This document shows, piece by piece, positions 38,509-47,026 of a stretch of 55,370 nucleotides of DNA (its first letter is position 1; each line of letters opens with the position of its first letter). Where the stretch lies: assembly GCA_964342815.1 (NCBI GenBank), contig CAYFHS010000026.1:1-55370 (forward strand), written 5' to 3'. Position numbers and translations under genes: made by a program. Below the pieces are notes generated by a model. It had not been told where the DNA came from. It made no database searches and saw nothing but the letters and a program-made list of their open reading frames with translations. The stretch comes from an uncultured archaeon (GTDB lineage Archaea; Thermoplasmatota; Penumbrarchaeia; JASLWR01).

Positions 38509-39027
38509 TCACCCATTATCTAACATTCGGATTCTCCCTTCGATTACCCTGAGAGTCGTTTCCAACTCTTTTATATCAAGTGAAATGGGGATTATCTCCG
38601 TTTCGTTTTCATTTAACAACTCCAATAACGCCTGCATGAAAACACCATTGCCGACCACAAGCTTACCTCTCTTATTAACGTAACCAAAAGAGCACGATGG
38701 GGACCGTTCTATTCCTATGAGACCAACTGCTATAAAACCATCCGCGATGAATTTTTCAATGATATTCGTTTGCGCCAAAGCGAGTTCACGGCATAATCTT
38801 TCGAAATCGGGTCTTTGGTAGTACGAAATATCGTGCGGTTCCCGCATCAGACCTTCTCCCAACATCTCAGGACAGGGCATTTGTACGATATTAACATTAT
38901 AATCGTTCAGTAATTCCACAAGAGGCGTCACAATTGCGGGGTAATATTCAGTGAGACCCATTGCTTTGGCTGATTGGCAAAGTATGCAGAAAGGGACAAA
39001 AATAACTTTATTTGAACGTCTCGGCAT
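38509..39027 (-). CDS. DUF523/TudS-related (CD3072-like) putative Fe-S desulfidase
   Basis: Motifs FCILCQ, QMPCPE and GIERSPSC match the C...CPE...SPSC pattern of the family. Confidence 0.75.
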   Translation of the reverse strand: MPRRSNKVIFVPFCILCQSAKAMGLTEYYPAIVTPLVELLNDYNVNIVQMPCPEMLGEGLMREPHDISYYQRPDFERLCRELALAQTNIIEKFIADGFIAVGLIGIERSPSCSFGYVNKRGKLVVGNGVFMQALLELLNENETEIIPISLDIKELETTLRVIEGRIRMLDNG

Positions 39028-39114
39028 AGGTCATCATATCTATAAAATGAAAATAATTGCAGCAGTATAAAGAACGTTTACCTTTTAAATAATATCGCCT
39101 GTACTGGGGGTATC

Positions 39115-39660
39115 ATGGGAATTCGAAGAATAACCCTTGGGATTTACAATACTTATGATCCACTAAAGCTTCGTGAACCGCATCGCCGTTCGATAGCCCG
39201 GGCAGGAGCATTATGCGCCGCGTTTGAGATTAATCTCGCCGTATTTGGTTTTCCTTTTAAGATAGAGCTATCCACACCAATGGAGATGGCGGATTTCGTG
39301 GCAAAGAGCACCACCATCGGTCAAGAGGGAAAATACCTACTCGATATTGCTGCTGAAGGAAAGGTGCAGATTTTCGATTTCGTTAGCAGGGGATTTCCAC
39401 CCCAACTGGGGATTCCTATCGCAACAACGTGCAAACCTGAAATTTCTAAGAGAACGACACCCGGAGAGGTCATGGAGATAATTCGATACAAGAAGGGGGT
39501 TCTTCTGCTACTTGGACTGGGGCCAAGGGGTTTGAGCGATGAGCTAAAGAAAATATGCACATATCATCTTGATATTACCGGCAGGGGATATTCACTGGAA
39601 ACCTGCACTGCAATGGGCGCAATCGCAGGGTATTTGGGTGCTTTGAGGGATAGATTCTAA
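39115..39660 (+). CDS. DUF531 family archaeal protein (SPOUT-like fold)
   Basis: TLGIYNTYD...HRRSIARAGALCAAF..NLAVFGFP and C-terminal GLGPRGL...HLDITG.GYSLETCTAMGAI. Confidence 0.8.
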   Translation: MGIRRITLGIYNTYDPLKLREPHRRSIARAGALCAAFEINLAVFGFPFKIELSTPMEMADFVAKSTTIGQEGKYLLDIAAEGKVQIFDFVSRGFPPQLGIPIATTCKPEISKRTTPGEVMEIIRYKKGVLLLLGLGPRGLSDELKKICTYHLDITGRGYSLETCTAMGAIAGYLGALRDRF

Positions 39661-40787
39661 ATTCCCCTTACCAGACTCGCCGTACCTTTCGAGTTGAAAG
39701 CCCGGAAAAAAACCATTGCTTCTGCATAAGCCATCGATTCAATTGCGTTGATTGTGTCCCGATCAATCCCATATATCTCGTCGAAGAACTGTTTTATTGC
39801 AAATTTTCCGAATTTTCCGAAAATAATCTTATTACTTTTTCCAGGAGCCTTCTCACTATAGGTCTCGAGGACCCAGTTTCGCATCCGCTCGAAAAGGTCT
39901 GACTGATAAATCTTGAAAATATCGAAGATCAGATTCTGCCAGAAGGTTCCTACATTTCCCTTGATAATATCACCTTTTGGGAACTTCGTGCTGATCAGCT
40001 CGCGGGGAGTCCCTGTAATTCCGTGCTGGGCTATACGGACATTTAATTTATTGTCTCTCAGTGCTCTTGCAACCGCCATTGTCTGCGGGATGTCTATTGA
40101 GACCTGCTCTACCAGGTTCCCTTGGATATCATAAGTGTTTCCATGAGCGCTGCCGTTAGCTATGGCCAGAACCTGTGGATATACTCCATTCTCGTTCAAT
40201 GCCGATATGAATGTCACCGCCTCTTCCGGTTTAGTCAGTACCCTGCCGTCAGAGTCTTCCTTACCGATCTCACCTACTTCCACCTCGAGCCCGTAATCAC
40301 TATTGTCCATTTTTTCTTCTATATGTTTGGCGATCTCGGTGGTAGCGTCTATATTCAAAGCAAGCTCCTCTCGAAGATTACCACCCTTGAAATCGAATAG
40401 ATGAGAGGCATCTATTGCAAAGGAAGTAAATCCCGATTCAATCTGGCTATCGATAAGTTTTTTCGTATCTTCCATCTCCTCGGGGCTACCTTCTTTGATT
40501 GTGATATGATCCGCATGTAAAACCCAGGCATCGAAACCTATTTCGTGCGCGGCTTCCATGGTATTCTTTGCGAAATCGCCGGGTAAAAGACCGGTGTAAC
40601 CACGCCTGAGATTCGATTCGGACCTTGCCAACTCGAAGATCACCGCGGAATCCATAGCTTTCGCCGCCCTGAAAATACCTCTAGCCACACCTGCGGTCAC
40701 CCTTGTATTTACTGCCATGATAATAGTATTTCTATCCCTTACCCGATCAAAAAGTATCTTTCCAGGCATTGGTTTGTACCGGTTCAT
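39657..40787 (-). CDS. fba: Class II fructose-bisphosphate aldolase
   Basis: HADH, AIDASH, EVEVGEIG, ANGSAHG, AQHGITG, KGNVGT metal/substrate motifs; AGGAG 8 nt before ATG 40787. Confidence 0.9.
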   Translation of the reverse strand: MNRYKPMPGKILFDRVRDRNTIIMAVNTRVTAGVARGIFRAAKAMDSAVIFELARSESNLRRGYTGLLPGDFAKNTMEAAHEIGFDAWVLHADHITIKEGSPEEMEDTKKLIDSQIESGFTSFAIDASHLFDFKGGNLREELALNIDATTEIAKHIEEKMDNSDYGLEVEVGEIGKEDSDGRVLTKPEEAVTFISALNENGVYPQVLAIANGSAHGNTYDIQGNLVEQVSIDIPQTMAVARALRDNKLNVRIAQHGITGTPRELISTKFPKGDIIKGNVGTFWQNLIFDIFKIYQSDLFERMRNWVLETYSEKAPGKSNKIIFGKFGKFAIKQFFDEIYGIDRDTINAIESMAYAEAMVFFRAFNSKGTASLVRGI

Positions 40788-40858
40788 GCTGTTCACTCCT
40801 CGTTACACTTTTTTATTTATTTCCATTCGTATCGACTGTCATCATTGGGCTATTGTCT

Positions 40859-41755
40859 TCAAGAGCTCTCACGATTCAGTCTCTCGATAAGCTCAATCTC
40901 CTTTTTACCACCTATATATATGGGAACCCTGTCAGCGACTGAGGAAGGATTCACGTCAAGAATATTCCCCAGACCCGTGCTTGCTGCTCCACCGGCCTTG
41001 GTTACTATAAATCCTATTGGGTTTGCCTCGAAAAGGAGGCGTAGTTTTCCGCTCTCCCTTCCCTTAAAACCCGGATATGTGAAAATGCCGCCATTACATA
41101 ATAATTGATGTACATCCGCTACGAAAGAACCGCTGTATCTCAGTTTGTAACCGTCCTCTTCCAGCATCTCGATATATTTTTTATGAACGGGCAGATAATC
41201 CCTTCTCAAGGCACCTGGAGCATAAATCTTTCCATCCGGGATTCTGATATTTTCACGTTGTAAAAAATATTTACCTCTCTTGTTCATTGCGAATTCGTGA
41301 ACACCCTTTCCCACGGTATACACGAGAATATTGAGAGGTCCGTAAAGAACATACATGGCAGCCTCCAATTTTCTTCCCTGGGACAGAACATCATGATGCT
41401 TGAAAATACCCACAATGGTGCCAACCGTAAGATTAACACCGATAAGCGATGAACCGTCCACAGGGTCCAGAGTAACATTATAGGGTTCATCCTCGTCCTT
41501 GTAGACCAGTATGTTCTGCTGTTCTTCCGAGGCAACAGTTTTCACGGTGTCGAGATCGTCTCCCAATCGTTTCACGAGAAGCTGGTCAGCCCATTTGTCC
41601 AGTGCCACCTGTCTCTCACCATAGATGTTCTTGGTATCGGTCATTCCCTGTTTACCCATAAATGCGTCCCTGATTTTTTTGGAACACTCTGCTACCGTCA
41701 ATATCAGTTCGGCAAGGTCGTCGGGGGTATCTTTCAGATGGGTTTCGAGGTCCAT
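40859..41755 (-). CDS. fbp: Class I fructose-1,6-bisphosphatase
   Basis: ASEE, LDPVDGSS, LRYSGSFVADVH, GKLRLLFEANP motifs; cotranscribed upstream of fba. Confidence 0.93.
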   Translation of the reverse strand: MDLETHLKDTPDDLAELILTVAECSKKIRDAFMGKQGMTDTKNIYGERQVALDKWADQLLVKRLGDDLDTVKTVASEEQQNILVYKDEDEPYNVTLDPVDGSSLIGVNLTVGTIVGIFKHHDVLSQGRKLEAAMYVLYGPLNILVYTVGKGVHEFAMNKRGKYFLQRENIRIPDGKIYAPGALRRDYLPVHKKYIEMLEEDGYKLRYSGSFVADVHQLLCNGGIFTYPGFKGRESGKLRLLFEANPIGFIVTKAGGAASTGLGNILDVNPSSVADRVPIYIGGKKEIELIERLNRESS

Positions 41756-42441
41756 ATAGCTTCCCTTCTCGTTTGAATTTCATTGAAACTAACATAAGTA
41801 GAGCACATTATATTAAATAAAATTTTTCTTTTTGTCATCGGATGCTGCGCTAAAGGCAGAGGAATTTGCTTAATCGGGCTGTTTCCCAGGTATTTATAAT
41901 ATTATCTTTTCAGATCTTTCTTTTCCTTGCCATTGTAATCCTGTATTTAAAATATCCAGATGATGGGGTTTCTGTGTGTCAGTGTTTACTGGCATCAAGA
42001 CCTCTATTCGCTTGGCCTTAATAACGTTTTTCATTTTTAGGTCCAATCGTTCCAGTATGTATGTCTTGTGAATATGATTTCATTTTTCAATTCAAGACGA
42101 TCCGGTGTACGATATAACATTGCTGCATTCTCTGTGTTCTTCACTATTCGGTCCTCCCTTTAGAATATGAGAACTCCTTGCTAGTCGTATCAATTTTGGA
42201 TACTGATGACAAATATTGCTCGGAAGGTGGGTTAAACTCAAAAATTAGGATTTCATTCACCGAAAAATGAATTTTACTTTCATGCATTTACGAATTATAT
42301 TTTCTTTTATAGAAATCTACTGGCTCCGATATTTCTCAGACTTGCTATTTAAAACTTACTTTCACCTACCCCCCGATATTTTGCTTATATACCACTATAA
42401 GCTTACTGAATATATAAGGAAAAAAACAGGAGGTAAAAAAC

Positions 42442-42525
42442 ATGGAAGACGAGTTGAATTCGTGGAAGGAAGTATATCGTGCATATGGCTGCCCTGTTAG
42501 TTACGAAGAAAATAGGGAGATGTAG
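42442..42525 (+). CDS. Putative 27-aa small protein MEDELNSWKEVYRAYGCPVSYEENREM
   Basis: AGGAGGT 7 nt upstream of ATG; TATA-like TTATATA at ~42385; below the ORF-track length cut-off. Confidence 0.4.
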   Translation: MEDELNSWKEVYRAYGCPVSYEENREM

Positions 42526-42550
42526 GATAGGTTCATTCGGAGGTGATGCT

Positions 42551-42649
42551 TTGGTCGAAGTTGTCAATGAACAAGGTAACTGGGTCATCTATAAGGATAA
42601 CGAGAGATTTCCGTATTCCTTAAGCACCGTTATATCGATCTGGGATTGA
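42551..42649 (+). CDS. Putative 32-aa small protein MVEVVNEQGNWVIYKDNERFPYSLSTVISIWD
   Basis: GGAGGTGA at 42539-42546, with the same GGAGG-to-start spacing (7 nt) as confirmed genes; TTG start. Confidence 0.4.
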   Translation: MVEVVNEQGNWVIYKDNERFPYSLSTVISIWD

Positions 42650-43099
42650 TTATAACATTACAACATAATACTTTTGAAATATGATGCCATATTTTATCAA
42701 GGTTAAAAAATAGTCGGTGGGTATAATCGTCTTACTTAAAATACTTGTTTTGCAAGGTGGGGCGTCCTGGGGGATCATCATTTATTTGATCTTGATAGTA
42801 TCCCATGGAGCGTATATAATTGACCTTAGAAAGTAGTAAATTAGTCATATTCCGATTCAGCATGAGCTTGCTCATAAAAAAACCTCTTTAGGATTTCACG
42901 ATAATTTGTTTTCCATGTCTGTTGCAGGTTTGATATTACTTTCATTTATATATATAACTTGCCCCTGATACACGCGCTGGTCAATTTAGCTACCAGGATC
43001 ATCGTCAAATAATCTTACAACCTGAGGATTAGTCCATTTTAATCTAATATAAGGGCAAAAGTAAAATAGTAGAACGGGAAAGGAACTGTTCGAGAGACT

Positions 43100-43408
43100 T
43101 TAATCCCGGTATAATCTTAATAATTCGTCGATATCATCATCTTTTTTCTTGGGTTTCTTCTTCAACCTGTTTTTTATAACATCCCGGTACAGAGCAAATA
43201 CTAATCCGATAAAGCACAAGCCCAAAAGACTTCCGACCATGAGAAGTATACCAAGGAGCTCATTTCCCGAGATTATCACAAAGAAACCCACGAGTAAGGA
43301 TAACAGGAATAGAACAGAAAATGCGATCATTATGTAAACCGTATTACGGAGTTTCCCCCCCTGCAAATCCTCATCAAACCATACCATAAGTATTACCCAA
43401 AATCCCAT
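43100..43408 (-). CDS. Small 2-3 TM membrane protein (102 aa)
   Basis: Hydrophobic helices and a charged KKKPKKKDDDIDELL tail. Confidence 0.65.
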   Translation of the reverse strand: MGFWVILMVWFDEDLQGGKLRNTVYIMIAFSVLFLLSLLVGFFVIISGNELLGILLMVGSLLGLCFIGLVFALYRDVIKNRLKKKPKKKDDDIDELLRLYRD

Positions 43409-43519
43409 TTTTTCTTGCTTACACCGCTCATTAGCTTAACACTGTATTAAATCTTACGGTAATTTCTATCATATTTCAAGAGGAAAAAAATATTATCTTC
43501 CTTTTCGATTCTGCCAGAT

Positions 43520-44284
43520 ATGAGAATGATACTGGAGAAATTGCTGAACAGGGACATATCTCTTGATGAATGTGAAGAGATGATCCGAAATAAGGTATTG
43601 AATGTGGATGATTTTGCGAAAATCGATATCAACAGGGAAACCCGGACAGGTATTCCTGAAGTTATTCTATGCTCAGGGAAATCAGATCACCAGATCATGA
43701 CCATCGTCTCCAATATGCTTGAAGACGATAGAAAAGTAATTCTATCAAGGGTTCCCACGACTTTAATGAATTCCTTCGACCATCATTCTTGCCGCATCAA
43801 TAAATATCCAGAAGCAGGCCTGATCGTCTTGGCCGGCAAAGAAAAAAGTGACGGAGAGAAATTCCCGAACGAAAAACCCATTTTAGCTGTGATCGGTGCA
43901 GGTACTGCTGACGTTCCTGCGGCAACCGAAGCTCAAGTATGTGCGGAAGAAATGGGTTGTAACGTGTTCACCGCCTTCGATGTAGGAGTTGCCGGAATCC
44001 ATCGACTAATACCGGTTATCGCCCAGTTGCATGAAAAACGTGTCAAGGTGGTCATCGTAGCTGCAGGAAGAGAGGGTGCCCTTCCCTCAGTGGTAGCTGG
44101 ACTTATGGATAGTATCATTATTGGTCTTCCGGTGTCAACCGGTTATGGGTACGGCGGTAGGGGGAAAGCCGCTTTGATGGGAATGCTCCAATCTTGCGCA
44201 CCCCTTTTGGTTGTAAACATCGATGCCGGGGTCATTGCGGGGATGATGGGGGCTCAGATAGCGAAGATGATTCGTTCATCTTGA
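43520..44284 (+). CDS. larB: Nickel pincer cofactor biosynthesis protein LarB (PurE/AIR carboxylase-related)
   Basis: DINRETRTGIPEVILCSGK, AGTAD, DVGVAGIHRL, VAAGREGALPSVVAGL, PVSTGYG, NID motifs. Confidence 0.88.
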   Translation: MRMILEKLLNRDISLDECEEMIRNKVLNVDDFAKIDINRETRTGIPEVILCSGKSDHQIMTIVSNMLEDDRKVILSRVPTTLMNSFDHHSCRINKYPEAGLIVLAGKEKSDGEKFPNEKPILAVIGAGTADVPAATEAQVCAEEMGCNVFTAFDVGVAGIHRLIPVIAQLHEKRVKVVIVAAGREGALPSVVAGLMDSIIIGLPVSTGYGYGGRGKAALMGMLQSCAPLLVVNIDAGVIAGMMGAQIAKMIRSS

Positions 44285-44405
44285 TATTTTTCTTTCATAA
44301 TATAGGAGTCTCGGAACCGAAATCTAAATAATCGGATAACATATTACCAATTAGTAAGTGGTAGAATATCAAAATATTATAGATGAAAAATGGATCTGTG
44401 GTCAT

Positions 44406-45422
44406 ATGGAGAACCAGGAGAATGAGCCTCAATCACTTGAGAACAAGCTTTCCAATTCGGAAAAAAAATTACGCAAACTGTATGAAAAACGTGATGCCCT
44501 CAACGAGGAAGCTATGTTCCTGAGAAACGAAAGAAATACCCTTAATGACCGTAAAAGAAAGGTTGTCAACTCTATCCGAAAATTGAAAGATACTAGGCGT
44601 GCGGAAATGGAAGATCTTAGGGAGAGAAGGGATGAAGCAGTAATGTCTCATCGTATCCAGCGAGACAAGTTGCATGCAATGGTACAGGTACAGAAGCGGA
44701 AGAGAGAGGGCCACGCAAGATCGTTGAAATCTTCTCGAGATGATTACGAGGGAAGAAATTCCAGGGATAAGAATAGGGACCCGCTTACCGAAATAAACAT
44801 CCTGAATATGGAAATCCAGGCATTATCAATGCAGTACGAAACGACGTCGCTCAGCCAGAAAAAAGAACTTGAGATCATGGAACGTATTAAGGATCTAAAT
44901 AGACAGATAAAAGAGCTGGAAAAGGTCCTTCCTGAGCATCAGCGCAAACAAATGGAACATGAAAATAAAATAATTGCCCGGGAAAGCCTTCGCGAGGAGC
45001 ACGAGTTTGCCCATAGTAATGTAATGCAGCTCTCTCAAAAAGCCCAGTTCTTTCACGACCTATACATAAAAGAGAATGATAAATTCAAGGAAAAAATGGA
45101 CGGTATATACAAAAAATATCAGGATGAGATCGATCAGAAGGAGAAGGAATTGGTACATCTCACACGAGAAGCTGACAGGCGGCATAAAGAGTTTATTGAG
45201 AAAAAAGAGCGGGCGGATCACCAACATCAACGTGCAATGGCTCACAGAGGGGACGTTCTCCTTCTTAGGGAAGAAAGAAACGCCATAGAGCAAAAGATGA
45301 GAGCTATGATCGATGAACAGAACAAATCAGTTAGTAACGCTTTGGATGACAAAGAAAAACAGGAAGAAGCGGCAAAAAAAGCTCTGGAATTTCTTAAAAA
45401 AGGCGGGAAAATTTCCCTCTGA
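44406..45422 (+). CDS. Archaeal long coiled-coil protein (COG1340-like)
   Basis: Continuous E/K/R-rich heptads ending AKKALEFLKKGGKISL; ATG 44406 preferred over GTG 44358. Confidence 0.75.
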   Translation: MENQENEPQSLENKLSNSEKKLRKLYEKRDALNEEAMFLRNERNTLNDRKRKVVNSIRKLKDTRRAEMEDLRERRDEAVMSHRIQRDKLHAMVQVQKRKREGHARSLKSSRDDYEGRNSRDKNRDPLTEINILNMEIQALSMQYETTSLSQKKELEIMERIKDLNRQIKELEKVLPEHQRKQMEHENKIIARESLREEHEFAHSNVMQLSQKAQFFHDLYIKENDKFKEKMDGIYKKYQDEIDQKEKELVHLTREADRRHKEFIEKKERADHQHQRAMAHRGDVLLLREERNAIEQKMRAMIDEQNKSVSNALDDKEKQEEAAKKALEFLKKGGKISL

Positions 45423-45528
45423 ATAATTCTTATGACATATCGTCCAAAAGACTACTTTTTGACGGGCATACTGATATCCGAGCTTTAAAAGTGGAAAAGA
45501 TCAATATTATGGATGTGGTATTATTAAG

Positions 45529-46278
45529 ATGATCGACATCGAATATCAAGACGGCGTTCAAGTCCTGAAGCTCAACCACGGCATAACAAATCCGATAAAT
45601 CTACCCTTAGTCAATGAACTTTCTGAAACCATAGGTAATATTCGAGAGGATCCTAATGTCAATTCACTCGTTCTAACCAGTTCCAACGAGAAGTTCTTTT
45701 CAATGGGTTTCAACATTCCTGAACTTTATCAGCTGGATCGTGACGATTTTAAGGTGTTCTTCCATGGATTCAACCGACTGTGTATGGACCTCTATACCCT
45801 ATCGAAACCCACCGTGGCAGCCATATCCGGACATGCCATTGCCGGGGGATGTATCCTTACCTTCTGCTGTGATCACCGCTTCATTTCGGAAGGAAGAAAA
45901 TTAATGGGACTCAACGAGATCAAACTGGGAGTTCCCATTCCTTATCCCGGCGAGCGTATCCTTTATCAATTGATTGGAGAACGCTATGCATACGAGATGG
46001 TCAGTACCGGAGAGTTCTATCAACCCTCTGATCTTTATCGAATGGGGTTGGTGGATGAAGTGGTTTCTCCGGGGAAATTGTTACTAAGATCAGTAGAGAA
46101 GGCAAGTTCAATCGGAACAATGCCCACAAATGCCTTCCGGATAATTAAACAAAATCGAACGGAACCGGTAATAACACAAGTCCGAAAATACCCCCAAGAA
46201 CTTGAAGAGAGCTTTCTTGATTGTTGGTTTTCCCCAAGCACTCGTGTGAGATTGGAAGAAGCAATGAAAAAGTTTTGA
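45529..46278 (+). CDS. Enoyl-CoA hydratase/isomerase (crotonase) family protein
   Basis: FSMGFNI oxyanion motif, AAISGHAIAGGC, MGLNEIKLG, GLVDEVV. Confidence 0.9.
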   Translation: MIDIEYQDGVQVLKLNHGITNPINLPLVNELSETIGNIREDPNVNSLVLTSSNEKFFSMGFNIPELYQLDRDDFKVFFHGFNRLCMDLYTLSKPTVAAISGHAIAGGCILTFCCDHRFISEGRKLMGLNEIKLGVPIPYPGERILYQLIGERYAYEMVSTGEFYQPSDLYRMGLVDEVVSPGKLLLRSVEKASSIGTMPTNAFRIIKQNRTEPVITQVRKYPQELEESFLDCWFSPSTRVRLEEAMKKF

Positions 46279-46294
46279 AATACAGAGGCATATA

Positions 46295-47026
46295 ATGTGC
46301 TTTACAGTGACCATAAGCAAGGACATTGATTATCTTACGAAGCGGTTCGATGCGGTATTTGCAGATCCTGCTCTTTTTGAACCTATGTTTTATGCATCAG
46401 CCTTTACCCTCCCACGCCTACCGGTTATTACTAATGACAATACCTCGGAGATTAGGATGCTATCCTGGGGATTGGTCCCTTTCTGGATAAAAGATACAAG
46501 GTCAGCAGAGGATATACGTTTCAAGACCTTCAATGCCCAGGCGGAAAGCTTGCATGAAAAACCATCTTTTCGACTTTCGATACGGGAAAAACGATGTCTC
46601 GTTCTGGCGGACGGATTTTTCGAATGGAGGGAGTTCAACGGTAACAAATATCCATATTTTATTAGATTGACCGATAAAAGCGCTTTCGGATTTGCCGGTA
46701 TATGGGATCGTTGGGAGAATGGAATGAATAATTTAGATACCTTCTCGATAATAACAACCAGAGCCAATCCTCTTTTGGAAAAGATACATAATACGAAAAA
46801 GAGAATGCCGGTTATACTGAATAAAGAAGACGAAAAAAGGTGGCTCTCAGACGAATTGAATACGGATGAAGTAAATTCCTTATTGGTTCCCTGCGACGAT
46901 AAGGATATGGAAGCCTATACCGTATCGAGATTGATAAGCCGTAGGGGTACGGAAAAAAATATTCCCCGGGTAATTGAAAGATTCGATTACCCGGAACTTG
47001 AGCATACTCAGTCAAGATTATTCTAG
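46295..47026 (+). CDS. SRAP-domain (SOS response-associated peptidase, YedK/HMCES-like) abasic-site protein
   Basis: Cys at position 2, WGLVPFW, FNAQAESL.EKPSF, RCLVLADGFFEW, FAGIWD, IHN.KKRMPVIL. Confidence 0.92.
   Translation: MCFTVTISKDIDYLTKRFDAVFADPALFEPMFYASAFTLPRLPVITNDNTSEIRMLSWGLVPFWIKDTRSAEDIRFKTFNAQAESLHEKPSFRLSIREKRCLVLADGFFEWREFNGNKYPYFIRLTDKSAFGFAGIWDRWENGMNNLDTFSIITTRANPLLEKIHNTKKRMPVILNKEDEKRWLSDELNTDEVNSLLVPCDDKDMEAYTVSRLISRRGTEKNIPRVIERFDYPELEHTQSRLF

Noticed and set aside
42523-42546. Pyrrolysine/amber read-through of the 27-aa ORF (TAG then DRFIRR*)
   Set aside because: The extension is only six codons, no pyl genes are in the window, and several confirmed genes here (fba, acnA, SRAP) end in TAG.
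45441-45464. Terminator hairpin after the coiled-coil gene (CGTCCAAAAG-ACTA-CTTTTTGACG)
   Set aside because: The stem has a mismatch, is A/T-rich and has no following T-tract; too weak to call.
39657-47026. 4-nt convergent stop overlaps (39657-39660 and 47023-47026) as a regulatory device
   Set aside because: Common in compact archaeal genomes; no further evidence.
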